A DNA stretch of 64,000 bases, taken from assembly GCA_951406725.2 (NCBI GenBank), contig OX597814.1:192944001-193008000 (forward strand), read 5' to 3'. Under the pieces are notes generated by a model. The model was not told where the DNA came from, ran no database searches, and saw only the letters and a list, made by a program, of their open reading frames with translations. Made by a program: the position numbers and the translations under genes. Shown here piece after piece: positions 43,128-56,706 of this stretch (position 1 is its first letter; every line of letters begins with the position of its first letter). Source of the DNA: Octopus vulgaris. Lineage: Eukaryota.

Positions 43128-44460
43128 GTTTGAAATAGGAAGAATTCCCTGAAAATTTGAAATAAGTAAAATTTGAGCATGCGAACAAAAAAGATCGTGC
43201 TTACGATACTTGGTGCTTTGGGAGCAGTAAGCAAAGATATAGACAAGCGGCCGAGGGAGATTGAAATAGAATGCTCGGTAGAACTCCTACAGAAAGTTTG
43301 TGGATACCTAAGGCTACAGGTAGTAACCTGCTATCCACATAGTTTCTGTCAGGAATAAGACCGGACCTGAATCGAACCAAGAATGTTAATACTGGATTCT
43401 GGAAACACTAATCACAAATAAGATAGCGTGCATAGGATAAAACTTGTCATGAAGAAATGACAAAAAGTTTGGCAGAAGAGGGAATTGCAAAAAGTTAAAA
43501 GCATCACTCCTCACCCATTAGAAGATATACATTCCTGAAGTAGTTCCTCTTCCCACATCATTTTTTGTCTGGTGTTGACGCCATACTTGACATGCTAAAC
43601 AGAACTGGACGTGACCAGAAAGGCTTGGTAAAACAATTAACCATCTTTTGTACATAAATGATCTCATGTTGTATGTTTGTTAAGGATAAAGTAGACACAT
43701 CTCTATAGACAACACACGGGTTTATCGAAGGTATAAATATGAGATTCAGTTTAGAAAAAGCGATTAAGAAGTGTGAAACAGATATACAAATAGACATACA
43801 CCACAAAAAGATCTCCAAGAATAGGAAAGCAACAATACTTTGGGATATACATAGAGAGCAATTAAAGTTAACCAAGATATTGATGTCAAAAATCATCAGG
43901 TAAAGAAATGTTTTCCGTCCTAACAGATGATAATGCGTCTCTAAAAGAGATGGAAAACATACCTAACACATATTTCGTTTTTGGATTTGGTTTGCAAGAT
44001 TCTTTATATGAGATCGTGTGTTGAAGCATATCCTGTTGTGTCTGGGGAGAGTCATTTTCTTTTTGTGTCTTATAATTTAACACACTCACCGGTAAAATTT
44101 CCACTTATTTCTTATTTTTATTTTCCTAAAATTTTCGTTGCGTCTTGCAACCTTTTCAATACAAAAATTTTAAGAAAATAAGAATAAGAAATAAGTGGAA
44201 ATTTTACCGGTGAGTGTGTTAAATTATAAGGCACAAAAAGAAAATGACTCTTCCCAGACACAACAGAATATCTAAACATAACAATCTGAAAATAGACATC
44301 TCTAATGTGAGGCTTGAAAAGAAAAGCAATCCCTATAAATGATGCTGTGGAAATGGTAAAAAATGTCAAAACATAATCAAAACCCCTGTACTTGGAAAAG
44401 TGCGTAACATACAGAAAAAAATACTGCTTGGTACTGTATACATATGACTTAGTGCACTTC
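43128..44460 (+). pseudogene. Degenerate R4/Dong-type LINE fragments (RT and restriction-like endonuclease)
   Basis: ILGALGAVSKDI..VELLQK; INHLLYINDL; KATILWDI; TDDNASLKEME; IQKKILLGTV. Confidence 0.7.
43960..44272 (-). mobile_element. Penelope-like fold-back (~105-bp arms) with a hammerhead motif at the apex
   Basis: 44030-44133 pairs with 44163-44270. Minus strand 44125-44161 reads TTGAAAA-g-gttgc-aagac-gcaac-GAAA-ATTT-tagg. Confidence 0.7.
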
Positions 44461-44582
44461 CAATACAGTCAAAATAACAAAACACTGGGCATATCCAAGG
44501 CACGTAGAGCTACGCATGGTTGTAGTGTAAGCATGAAATGAAAATAAGACAACTGGAGGCAATGTGGCAAAATCGTTATAGA

Positions 44583-44880
44583 AGGCAGTGAGCTGGCAGA
44601 ACCGTTAGCACGCCGGGCGAAATGCTTAGCCCTATTTCGTCTGCCGCTACGTTCTGAGTTCAAATTCCGCCGCGACCGACTTTGCCTTTCGTCCTTTCAG
44701 GGTCTATAAATTAAGTACCAGTTACGCACTGGGGTCGATGTAATCGACTTAACCCCTTTGTCTGTCCTTGTTTGTTCCCTCTATGTTTAGCCTCTTGTGG
44801 GTAGTAAAGAAATAATAATCGACGTAACCCCTCCCCGCAAATTTCAGTCCTTGTGCCTATAGTAGAAAGGATTATTATTA
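44583..44880 (+). mobile_element. SINE family A carrying tail A followed by tail B
   Basis: taatcgac occurs on both sides of tail A. Confidence 0.88.
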
Positions 44881-45820
44881 ATATTAATTTTGAAACAAGT
44901 AGAAAAATGTAGGAAAACTCTGACGCATGAAATAAAAAAAAAAGAAAATGAATTTCTAACAAAAACTTGAGTAGCAAATATCTGAAATAGTTTTAAATTC
45001 CGCTGTGTCTTCCAAGTGGATATCACCATATCACCAATTGAATGTTGATTATATGAATGGATGAATTAGAGGCTGGTCGACGCTGACTGGTAGTTAAAAG
45101 AATGCGGTCGTTACAGTTTATACCGCTAGGGAAATTTAATTCATGATTGACCTTTATTACTCTCTGCTCATTTGAGTAGTCGAGCTACTTAAAATCATCT
45201 GGCTATATAAGGTGTCTTTAAATCATTACTCTAATTGCACAGCACCTCAAGCAAAGTAATTTTTTTCCACACCAACAAGTTTAATGTCGATGAACAAGAT
45301 TGCTTCTCGAATTGTAAGTAATTTATGACAAACGCCAGTGAAATGCCAATCCATAACTTATCATTAGCATAATGGCTAATTTTATCAAATAGATTTCTAT
45401 GCATATTTCTAAAGGGAAATTTTATTATCTGCCAGATAATTATATGTAGATTAATTCTCTGTGATTGGATAGTGTTTCCGTAGCTTAACGCTGAATGCTA
45501 GTGTCCCAGTGTTCTAAGACAAGCAGTTAGATTTCATATAAAAGGAATGAATTACAGAAATGAGAAATGTCCAAAAACAGATTTTCTTTATACTGAAGCA
45601 AAATCCAACAATCAGTTTGTCTCCATCCTCTTCTTCTCTGAAGGAAATATTTTTACGACATTAATTCAGTGACAATTTTCAAAATAAAATTATGTATGAA
45701 TGTATGTGTGGGTGTACGTATGAATGTACGTGTATGTGTGTATGAATGTGTTTGTATGTGTGTGCGTGTGTCTGAGTGTAAACACATATGTATATATAAT
45801 CATATGTACATACATGTATA

Positions 45821-47087
45821 CAGCGCTGGATTAATCTATTTCTTTACTACCCACAAGAGGCTAAACACAAAGAGGACAAACAAGGTCAGACAGGCAGATT
45901 AAGTCGATTATATCGATCCCAGTGCGTAATTGGTACTTATTTAATCGACCCCCCCAAGGATGAAAGGTAAAGTCGACCTCGGCGGAATTTGAACTCAGAA
46001 CGTAGCGGCAGACGAAATACCTATTTCTTTACTACCCACAAGGGGCTAAATACAAAGGGGACAAACAAGGACAGACAAACGGATTAAGTCGATTACATCG
46101 ACCTCAGTGCGTAACTGGTACTTAATTTATCGACCCCGAAAGGATGAAAGGCAAAGTCGGCGGAATTTGAACTCAGAACGTAACGGCAGACGAAATACCT
46201 GTTTCTTTATTACCCACAAGGGGCTAAACATAGAGGAGACAAACAAGGACAGACAAACGGATTAAGTCGATTACATCGCCCCCAGTGTGTAACTAGTACT
46301 TAATTTATCGACCCCGAAAGGATGAAAGGCAAAGTCGACCTCGGCGGAATTTGAACTCAGAACGTAGCGGCTGACGAAATAACTATTTCTTTACTACCCA
46401 CAAGGGGCTAAAAACAGAGGGGACAAACAAGGACAGACAAAGGGATTAAGTCGATTATATCGACCTCAGTGCGTAACTAGTACTTATTAAATCGACCCCG
46501 AAAGGATGAAAGGCAAAGTCGACCTCGGAGGAATTTGAACTTAGAATGTAACGGCAGACGAAATACGGCTACGCATTTCGCCCGCCGTGCTAACGTTTCT
46601 GCCAGCTCGCCACCTTCAACGGTGCTGGATTAACCATTAAGCAAAATAAGCACGTGCTTAGGCCTTCAAAGGAAGTGGTGGGTGGCACAGAAATGGTAAA
46701 TGGCTGGCAGCACGGAAGAAATCACTTTAAACTTGCTAAAATAATATTCGGCATGTCTTATCTCTATTAAGTTACTAAGTATAGAAGCAGATGCGTTATG
46801 TAAGATTAATTTTGAGGATCTGATCAAAGATTTTTGCAATTAAAAAAAGTAGAAAGAAAAATCTTTTCAAATGCGAATAAAATGAAAATGTGCAAAAATA
46901 AACATTATTCTCCATCTTATTGATAATTTCGTTTCATTTCGAAAGATAATTTCTGGTATGGTTTTGTGGAGGAAGGAAGCAGGTAGGTACAACTACATGT
47001 TAATTATTGTTTATATTTTGAATTATACATATACATATGGGGACACCAAAATTTTAAAGGGCCTTTATGGGTCTTAATCCGGCCCTA
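45821..47087. mobile_element. hAT-type MITE hosting a SINE array
   Basis: TIRs cagcgctggattaa / ttaatccggccct(a), 8-bp TSD catgtata/tatgtata; the right end is homologous to 60740-60922. Confidence 0.7.
45836..46616 (-). mobile_element. SINE family A tetramer
   Basis: One head and four ~180-bp units with gacgaaata(cc)tatttc junctions; TSD-like gctggattaa. Confidence 0.92.
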
Positions 47088-47187
47088 TATGTATATACAA
47101 TTATATATTTATATATATATTTAAAAATAGAAATATTAATGTTTCTAAGTTTCTCTAAAGTAGACTACGGCAGTGGTACTGGATATT

Positions 47188-47445
47188 AATAGTTATCGCC
47201 AAGCTAACATGGCAGTCCAGAAAAACAGGACGAATGCTGCCGTTGATTTGCTCCAGGAGGCCATAACCTCTAGCTGGCTATGTGACACTCGAACGTGTGT
47301 CCATTATAACCTTCGAACAGGGGAGGTCAGTCGCTTCTCCTTGCTGGTCTAGCATCTACAGACTAGTTTCAGGGTATTTACCCCTTATCATTGTAGAGCA
47401 GCCGAACCAGGCAGGTGTCGCTACTGATCGTCTGTTCATCAGCAT
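47188..47445 (-). mobile_element. Diverged homolog of the 6930-7198 pLTR-like repeat, with a hammerhead at 47355-47397
   Basis: Colinear blocks aatagttatcgcca, ataaccttcgaaca.gggaggtcagtcgct, aggtgtcgct. Hammerhead: tctaca-ATGATAA-ggggt..accct-GAAAC-TA-GTC-tgtaga. Confidence 0.78.
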
Positions 47446-47589
47446 TTTTTTCAAATTTAAAAATGCACACAGAAATAAAACGCAATGGCGAAATGTTTTA
47501 TGTTATTTAAAAGAGAATGTTTTGCTCTACAAGATAGAGTGTTTTGATTTTTCAATTTTAGTATTTTTGCATATTTTCAAATCATTAAA

Positions 47590-48263
47590 ATGGAATGTCA
47601 AGTGGACAAAACTGAATATTTTCGACACCATTCGCTTTTTGCATTTAATCGAGGTGTTAAGGCCGCCGAATCTGTTCGTGAGATCTGTGCTGCGTATGGA
47701 GAAGAGGCAATGCCTCAAAGACCGCCCACCATTGGTTTTCGCTCTTTAAAAATGGGAATTTTGACCTGAAGGATGGATCACACACCAGTCGACCAAATGA
47801 GTTCGATAAAGAGCGATTGAATCAACTTCTTCATAAACACCCACGTCAAACAACCAGAGAAATGGCAGAGTAGATGGATTGTGGTAAAAAAAAACTGTGG
47901 TGAACCACCTTCACTCAATGGGCTAGGTTCAGAACTTCGGCGCTTGGGTGTCTCACATTTTGAGCGAAAACAACAAAAATCAACGCTCCACATATGACCA
48001 ACGCTGCGATTCAAGAACTCAAATGGGAATTGCAGCCTCGTGCTCCATACTCTCGAGACTTGGCACCGTCAGATTTTCACCTCTTTCGACTGCTCTCGAA
48101 TGCTTTGTATGGTGTATTGTTCAATAATGACGTGGAATTGAGGGCTTGACTGGACGAATTCTTGGAGTTAAGACCGGAAGATTTCTATCATCGAGACATC
48201 GAAAAACTTATTGAATGATGGGAGGAAGTCGAAAACAACATCGGAGAGTATATTATTGATTAA
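47590..48263 (+). pseudogene. Mariner transposase pseudogene (internally deleted)
   Basis: MECQVDKTEYFRHH..FAFNRG, WFSLFKNGNFDLKD..SRP, PYSRDLAPSDFHLF, GEYIID*; stops and frameshifts. Confidence 0.9.
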
Positions 48264-48804
48264 TTTGTTGTCTTTCTTTGTTTAAAATAAAATTTAAAGA
48301 AATATTCTCATGAATTATTCCTCAACTCAATAGAGAGACGCTTGAATGGAAAATTAAAATAGCTGCCAAATCTCATTTGAAAGACTCTACCGTCTTAAAA
48401 AGAGAATGACACATTGCATAGAGTAGCCCTAGATATGCAGTATCCGAGAATAGGACTGAATGGTCATGTCTAAAATGCCTTTGATCCAGGTCAGCCTGAT
48501 CATGACAAACCTATAAAAAAAAGAAGAAAACCACTAAGAACAACAACGATGGTGACAACAAAAATACGACGACGTCGGCGATGGAGAGAAACTTCTGGGA
48601 AGTTGAGTTTGTGAATGGGAATATTTTTACTGGTTGCCGTGACATCACTTCAGTAATTTACAGTGCTAAGACATGAACCTCATAAAGTCCCACGTTCACG
48701 AAAACAAACTGGCGAAACGTGCCGAAACTAAATAAAAAGATCAGACATTAAATGCATATTTTCTTGTATGGCTATCACCCGATATAACATATTTATCTTT
48801 AACT

Positions 48805-49029
48805 TGTTTCAGTCATTCGGTTTTATTTAGTCGATATAAGTCTTCTATTTATATCGGTCTCTATTTTGCCAAACCGCTAAGTTACAGGGACATAAACAAA
48901 CCGACACCGATTGTCAAGCGGTGGTGGGAGATAAACGCAAGGATATACACACATAGATACACATACACACCTGTGCGCGCGTGTATATATATATATATGT
49001 ATATATTTGTGTGTACAAATGTGTGTGTG

Positions 49030-49092
<63 letters not shown>

Positions 49093-49168
49093 TTATATAT
49101 ATATATATATATATATATTCTCTATATAAACGGCAGTACTGTGCGTTTTCTGTGTGTCTGTTTTCTCG

Positions 49169-49211
<43 letters not shown>

Positions 49212-49264
49212 GAATCATCTATATCTCATTTACCATCATTTTTTTCCTTCTTTGCTATTTTTGG

Positions 49265-49324
<60 letters not shown>

Positions 49325-49512
49325 CCCTTTGAAGATATTATGTTCAGGGCATATGAATTTAATATTTAATTAATTCACTGAGTTTTAACTGAAACAGCTG
49401 TAGGGGAGGATGATTGATTTGTTGTTTATAATAAACAATTATTAACTTTCCAATCTCCATTTTCCTTTTCTTCTTTTTATATATATACATACACACACAT
49501 ACACGCACACAC

Positions 49513-49578
<66 letters not shown>

Positions 49579-49725
49579 TTCTTTTCATTTCCGTCTATCA
49601 AATCCACTCACATGACTATTGTTGACACAAGGCTATAGTGGATGACACTTACCCAAGATGCCGCGCAGTGGAACTAAACCAAAGACTACAGGCTGAGAAA
49701 CAAAATTCTTACGACACTGCCACAT
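48805..49725 (-). mobile_element. Older family B SINE with an expanded internal microsatellite
   Basis: Tail at 48805-48945, head at 49580-49725. Confidence 0.6.
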
Positions 49726-50295
49726 ATACATATATATATTTACATCCTAAGAGAGTCACAAGCAGCTGACGATGAACCAATGAGATTGTTTAGACATTTG
49801 GTCAGAAATTTTTGACGATGGGGTTTAGTCGGTACTTAATTGGTACTTGCTTTGGTTGGCATCGAAAAGATGAAAGGAAAACTTGATCTTGGTGTGAGTC
49901 GTACTCAGAACATAAGGAACAAGCTTTCTTTTTATCATCGATTCCAGTACTTGATTGGTACTTTATTTTATCGACTCCGAAAGGATGAAAAGCAAAGTTG
50001 ACCTTGGCGGGATTTGAACTCAGAACGTGAAGAGGCGGACTTAGGGACAGACTGTATAATACGTGGCATCTGTTTGTGCTACTTTGCTTATTCGGCAGGA
50101 TTAAGTATAGGAGACAGGTGCGTTTTGTTATTGGCGCAAGAGACAACTTGTGAAGTTCGGTTTAATAAGTACCGGAGTCGATTTGTTCGACTAAGCCCTT
50201 TAAGGCTCCAGCAAGGCCGGGCCCAGTCTAATGCCTGAAACCAGTAGAAGAAAAGATAAATTTTGATGTATGCTTTAACATCTCGGGGAGAAGCA

Positions 50296-50346
<51 letters not shown>

Positions 50347-50537
50347 GGAAAAGATAGGGAGACAGGGAAAATAAAAAGTAGACTTCATATCCTTTGAAGA
50401 GATATTGAAATTTTTGCAAAAATATAAGAAAACCTAATTTTATGCGATAAACTTAATGACTCATTACTGGTCTACAACCATTGTAAATTTTATAACTACA
50501 GAATGTTAATTTCCCCTCTCTTTTCTATAGGGAATTA

Positions 50538-50565
50538 CCACCACAAACACCACCACCACTCCACC

Positions 50566-50631
<66 letters not shown>

Positions 50632-50775
50632 TAGCTTCCCTACCACTACCGCCACTGTCATTGCAGCCACCACAGTAGCCACTGCTGCTGCTGCTACTAC
50701 TACTACTACTACTACATTAACCACCCTACCACCACCACCACTACCGCCATTGTCATTGCAGCCACCACAGTAGCA

Positions 50776-50831
<56 letters not shown>

Positions 50832-50905
50832 GTTTGCTACCACCACCACCACCACCAGCACAACCACTACTACAACTGATTCTACTGCAACCACCACCAC
50901 GATAG

Positions 50906-50968
<63 letters not shown>

Positions 50969-52573
50969 TTTAACCACGTTAGCCACGACCACCACCACAA
51001 TCCCCACCATGTCCGACCCACCTACCATCAACACTTCCATGGTTTATAGCTCTAAAGCATTACAGCTCGAATTTTAACGATCTTGGGTTATTCACCAATC
51101 AATAATTGCCAGGTGTGATTTCCAGGAAGCTTGACTTATTTCTAGCCGACTGAACGACCATGTAGAGGCTCCTTTAGATAGGAGGGGAGTGTGTGTGTGT
51201 GTGTGTGTATGTTGAGGTGGGGTGTGGTGGGGTGGTGGCTTGTCACTGTCAGTGTGAACGTAGAGTAGACAAATCTTATTTACTGTTCCGGCGAAACAAT
51301 CTCCCGCCACGAGAGGCAATATGGCGAAAATTTCAGGAAACGTCCACCGGTGTGTTTTGTCTGTCACCTTCTATGATGACAGTGACAATGTGAAGTGCAT
51401 CACAACCGCTGTTGGCGGTACCACCATCACCACTACCATCATCACCACTAACACCACCACCGCTAACACCCCCACCCCCACCGTCACCACTAATACCTCT
51501 AACACCACCACCGCTAACACCACCACCACCACCACCACCGTCAACACTAACGCCACCACCATCACCAACATCACCACCACTACCGACGACTCTAACACCA
51601 CCAGCACCAACACTGACACCACCGCCACCACCAACACCACCACCACCACCACCACCACCACCACCACCACCACCATCACCAACATAGCCACCACCACTAC
51701 CAACGACGCTAACGCCACCACCAACATCACCACCACCACTACCAATGACACTAGCACCAACACTAACACCACCACCACAACCACCACCACCACCACCAAC
51801 AACAACAACACTAACAACACCAATACTAACACCAACACTAACACCACCACCACCACCACTACCGTCAACACTACATGCAATACTAAAATCCACCACCACC
51901 ACCACAACTGCTGCCACCACTGTTACCACAACAACCAACAATACAGCCACTGAAACCACCACGATGCAACGACGACGACCATTATTACCATGACCACCAC
52001 CACCACCATCTCTGTCACTACCCCCAACACTACCACCGTAGCTATTATTGACACTGTCGCTACTATCACTTCCATCATCACCACCATCACCACCACCACT
52101 ACCACTACCACCACCACATGACCACCACCACCACCACCACCACATGACCACCACCACCACATGACCACCACCAACAATAACAGCAAGAACAGCTGCTACC
52201 GCCGTCAACGTCACCACCACCATCATCACCAACCTCCTCCTCCTCCTCCTCATCATCATCATCACAACCACCACTACCATCATCCTCATCACCACCACCA
52301 CCACCAACAACAACAACAGCCACTGCCGCCGCCACCACTGCCACCTGTACCACCATCATCACCACTACCACTACCACCACCAACAACATCATTATCATCA
52401 TCATCATCACCATTATCATCATCACAACCACCTCCATCATCGTCACTTTCACATCACCACCACCACCACCACCACCATCACCACCACCACCACCACCACC
52501 ACCCTCACCACCACCACCAACAACAACAACATCATCACCAACCCCCACAACCACCACCACCATAACCACCACC

Positions 52574-52604
<31 letters not shown>

Positions 52605-52690
52605 CCAACAACAACCACCACCACCACCAACCACCACTACCACCATCACTTCCACAGCCACGACAATACCAACCGCAACCATTAACAACT
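50538..52690. repeat. (ACT)n/(ACC)n/(AAC)n/(ATC)n trinucleotide low-complexity field
   Basis: Visible directly; a unique island lies at ~51035-51400. Confidence 0.93.
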
Positions 52691-53257
52691 ACACTCTTAA
52701 CATCGTCTTGTAAACAATAGCTATTTCAAATAATTTCAAATATTTTGTATTGATTTATCATATATTAACTAATATTTAAAACAGATCGATCGTTACCTAG
52801 CAACAGCTTCAGCATTTATTGCCAAAAGGTTTAGTTATTGCTGACAAACGAACCATTTGGCAGTTGCAGAAGGTTTTAATGCGGTCAGATGGCAAAAGAA
52901 CACCAAAGACCTACGGCCATATTTCAAATATAAGTATTCGTATCGTCATCGTCATCGTCGCTGTAGTCGTAATAGTGATAGTTACTTAGCTTCTTCGTGT
53001 CAGCTCTGATAAGAGAGACCAATAATCGAAAGACGACCCAGCCGTGACTATCACGTTTTCTTTCTTTTTCTTTTTCTTTTTCAGTTTTTTGTTTTTGTTT
53101 TTTTTTTCATTATTAGATTCCACTCTGTTTCTATATCGACAATTCCACTCACAAGGACTGAGTAGGTCCGAAGCAACGATAGAAAACGCCTAAAATTCCG
53201 CACACCAATATCGAACCCGTAAAACGTGTTTGCGAAACGAAGTTCTTAAACACGCAT

Positions 53258-53322
53258 CCTCCTTCTTCTTCTTCTTCTTCTTCTTCTTCTTCTTCTTCTT
53301 CTTCTTCTTCTTCTCTTTTTCT

Positions 53323-53354
<32 letters not shown>

Positions 53355-53415
53355 TTCTTCTTCTTTCTCTTCTTCTTCTTCCTCTTCCTCTTCTTCTTCT
53401 TCATCTTCTTCTTCT

Positions 53416-53494
<79 letters not shown>

Positions 53495-53499
53495 ATTCT

Positions 53500-53531
<32 letters not shown>

Positions 53532-53685
53532 TTCTTCTTCTTCTTCTTCTTCTTCTTCTTCTTCTTCTTCTTCTTCTTCTTCTTCTTCTTCTTCTTCTTC
53601 TTCTTCTTCTTCTTCTTCTTCTTCTTCTTCTTCTTCTTCTTCTTCTTCTTCTTCTTCTTCTTCTTCCTCTTCCTCTTCTTCTTCT

Positions 53686-53732
<47 letters not shown>

Positions 53733-53861
53733 TTCTTCTTCTTCTTCTTCTTCTTCCTCTTCCTCTTCTTCTTCTTCTTCTTCTTCTTCTCTTCTTCTTC
53801 TTCTTCTTCTTCCTCCTCATCTTCTTCTTCTTCTTCTTCTTCTTCTTCTTCTTCCTCTTCC

Positions 53862-53894
<33 letters not shown>

Positions 53895-53933
53895 TCTTCT
53901 TCTTCCTCTGCTTCTTCTTCTTCCTCTGCTTCT

Positions 53934-53965
<32 letters not shown>

Positions 53966-53966
53966 T

Positions 53967-53998
<32 letters not shown>

Positions 53999-54063
53999 CT
54001 CTTCCCCTCCTCTTCCTCCTCTTCCTCCTCTTCCTCCTCCTCCTCCTCTTCCTCCTCCTCCTT

Positions 54064-54092
<29 letters not shown>
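53258..54092. repeat. ~830-bp (TTC)n/(CTT)n polypyrimidine tract
   Basis: Visible directly; it begins immediately after the RTE stop codon on the minus strand. Confidence 0.97.
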
Positions 54093-54094
<2 letters not shown>

Positions 54095-54472
54095 ATCTTT
54101 TTTGCCCCTTTTGGAGCATAGGGCCTCAACAGTTGTTTTCCACATTTTGCGATCATTGGCGTGTTTCTTGGCTGCTTCCCATGTCAGGCCGGTGGTCCTC
54201 AGCTCGTCCAAAATGATCTGCTTCCATGTCTGCTTCGGGCGTCCTCGCTTCCTTTTCCCCTACGGGTTCCAGTCAAGTGCTTGTCGTGTCACATTTGAGG
54301 GTTCTTTCCGCAGTGTGTGTCCGATCCTTCTCCATTTCCTTCATCTAATCTGAACATGCATGGGCTCCTGGTTGGCCCTTTCCCACAGGTCGGTGTTTGT
54401 CACTCTGTTGGACCACTTCAGATGGAGGATCTACCGGAACATTTGTTGATGAAGGTCTGGATTTTACGCTTG
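54092..54472 (-). pseudogene. RTE-clade (BovB-like) LINE 3' end
   Basis: KIQTFINKC..; [56 protein letters not shown]. Confidence 0.88.
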
Positions 54473-54494
54473 AACACGGGTCCAAGTCCGAAGA

Positions 54495-54740
54495 AATAAT
54501 CCTTTCTAACATAGGCACAAGGCCTGAAAATTTTTTTTGGGCGGGGGGATAAGTCGATTGCATCGACCCCAGCGCGTAACTGGTACTTATTTTATCGACT
54601 TCGAAAGGATGAAAGACAAAGTAGACCTCGGCGCAATTTGAACTCAGAATGTAGCGACGGGCGAAATACCTATTTCTTTACTACACACAAGGGGCTAAAC
54701 ACAAAGAGGACAAACAAGGACAGACAAACGGATTAAGTCG

Positions 54741-54743
<3 letters not shown>
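54495..54743 (-). mobile_element. Family A array fragment (tail-B unit plus part of a tail-A unit)
   Basis: Junction gcgaaatacctatttc at ~54661-54676. Confidence 0.82.
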
Positions 54744-54780
<37 letters not shown>

Positions 54781-54781
<1 letters not shown>

Positions 54782-54937
54782 CGGTCTTCTTTCAATTTCG
54801 GTCTGCCAAATCCATTCACAAGATTTTGGTCAGCCCGCGGCTATAGGAGAAGACGCTTGTCCAACGTACCACGCAGTGGAATAGGCCCCGGGACCATGTG
54901 GTTGGGAAGCAAACTTCTTACCACAGAATCATGCCTA
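54781..54937 (-). mobile_element. SINE family B head half
   Basis: Reverse complement of the family B 5' region. Confidence 0.75.
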
Positions 54938-55741
54938 TCTAAATGTCTTTTTTTTTATCAATCTTTCGGTTGTGTTTTGAGGGAGGCTATGGATGTTATT
55001 TCTTGCAGTTGAGCGACTAAACAGAGGGTAGTCTTAGGTAGCACTTTAAACTATATTTGGTAATAGGGACTCAGTGCGGGAGTTCCAGGGTTTTGAGGAG
55101 TGCAGAACCATCTCTTAGCTACTATTGTTCTTTGAAAATGTTGGGCTTGCGCCTAGATTAGAATCAATTAATAAATAAGCGGCGCCAGAATGGCAGCGCC
55201 AAAACGGCTGTGCCAAAACGGCAGCATCAGAATTTTTCAAACTCCTTCTCTTATGCATTCCTCTAAATGATTGCTTTGGCAATGGCTGACGAAATACTAT
55301 TACAAGACAATGTCAAATATGAAGTCTTCCTAAATTTATTAGTGATGGTGGTATTTCAAAGATTATTCTGAGAAAATGAAATATAAAGTCAGGCAAATAG
55401 AGATGCTGTCTAGCTAGCTGTTTATGATTTCTTCATTAAGTTGTAGCTGTTGCTCAAAATACGATGTACATAGTTTCAGGAGAGTCGTTATTGAGCTCAT
55501 TCAATCAACTTTTAATATAGTCGACGAAAAAAAAAAAAATGCTTGGTTGCAGAAGAGATTTTGTTTTCAATATTAAGATAATGAAAGTGAAGTCTAAATA
55601 TAGAAATTATGAAAGCAAGAAATCTCGATTCCATCCAATAGACCACAGAAAAAAAATTTCCCAATTATTAGTCGCAAATATTAAACGATATAACTTCCGT
55701 AGTTAACATCGTTTTATCAAGTAGTTGTACTCCTTTGCTTC

Positions 55742-55846
<105 letters not shown>

Positions 55847-56086
55847 TAGGTCATCAATAAGACGGAATATCTCTTTACTGAAAAGGCTATTGATCACTCA
55901 GAGAATCAACAGATCAACCACGGTTTATTGCTGACACTAGTAAAGTCTTATGGAAAATGTCTACGCATATAATACATACAGGAATACCTTGGAGTTAATG
56001 TAATTTTTTCGCTCTAAAATATAATAAAAAAATGAAAAAAAGACTCAATTTGCTACATTTTACTGTGTACGGTATACAGCAAGTAA

Positions 56087-56706
56087 GGCGGCGATCTGGC
56101 AGAAATGTTAGCACGCAGGACGAAATGCTTAACAGTATTTCGTCTGCCGTTACGTTCTGCGTTCAAATTCTGCCGAGGTCGACTTTGCCTTTGATCCTTT
56201 CGGGGTCGATTAAATAAGTACCAGTTACGCACTAGGCTCGATGTAATCGACTTAATCCGTTTGTCTGTCCTTGTTTGTCTGTCCTTGTTTGTCCTCTCTG
56301 TGTTTAGCCCTTTGTGGGCAGTAAAGAAGTAGGTTTTTCATCTGCCGTTACATTCTGAGTTCAAATTGCGCCGAGGTCGACTTTGCCTTTCATCCTTTCG
56401 GAGTCGATAAATTAAGTACCAGTTACGCACTGGAGTCGATGTAATCGATTTAATCCGTTTGTCTTACCTTGTTTGTCCTCTCTGTGTTTAGCCCCTTGTG
56501 GGTAGTAAAGAAATAGGTATTTCGTCTGCCGTTACGTTCTGAGTTCAAATTACGCCGAGGTCGACTTTGCCTTTCATCCTTTCGGGGTCGATAAATTAAG
56601 CACCAATTACGCACTGGAGTCGATGTAATCGACTTAATCCGTTTGTCTGTCCTTGTTTGTCCTCTCTGTGTTTAGCCCTTTCTGGGCAGTAAAGAAATAG
56701 AAATAG
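56087..56706 (+). mobile_element. SINE family A trimer
   Basis: One head and three units; TSD ggtatacagc(a/g)ag at 56071 and 56706 flanks the whole array. Confidence 0.92.

Noticed and set aside
45836-46616. CRISPR-like regular array
   Set aside because: Units are wholly repeated SINE bodies with no unique spacers; eukaryotic context and no cas genes.
51321-52688. Mucin-like Thr-rich, His/Pro-rich or Gly/Val-rich ORFs
   Set aside because: Degenerate (ACC)n field open in all frames, with no non-repetitive domain or convincing splice context.
53230-54216. Poly-Ser/Leu and poly-Lys/Arg ORFs
   Set aside because: Translation of the (TTC)n tract.
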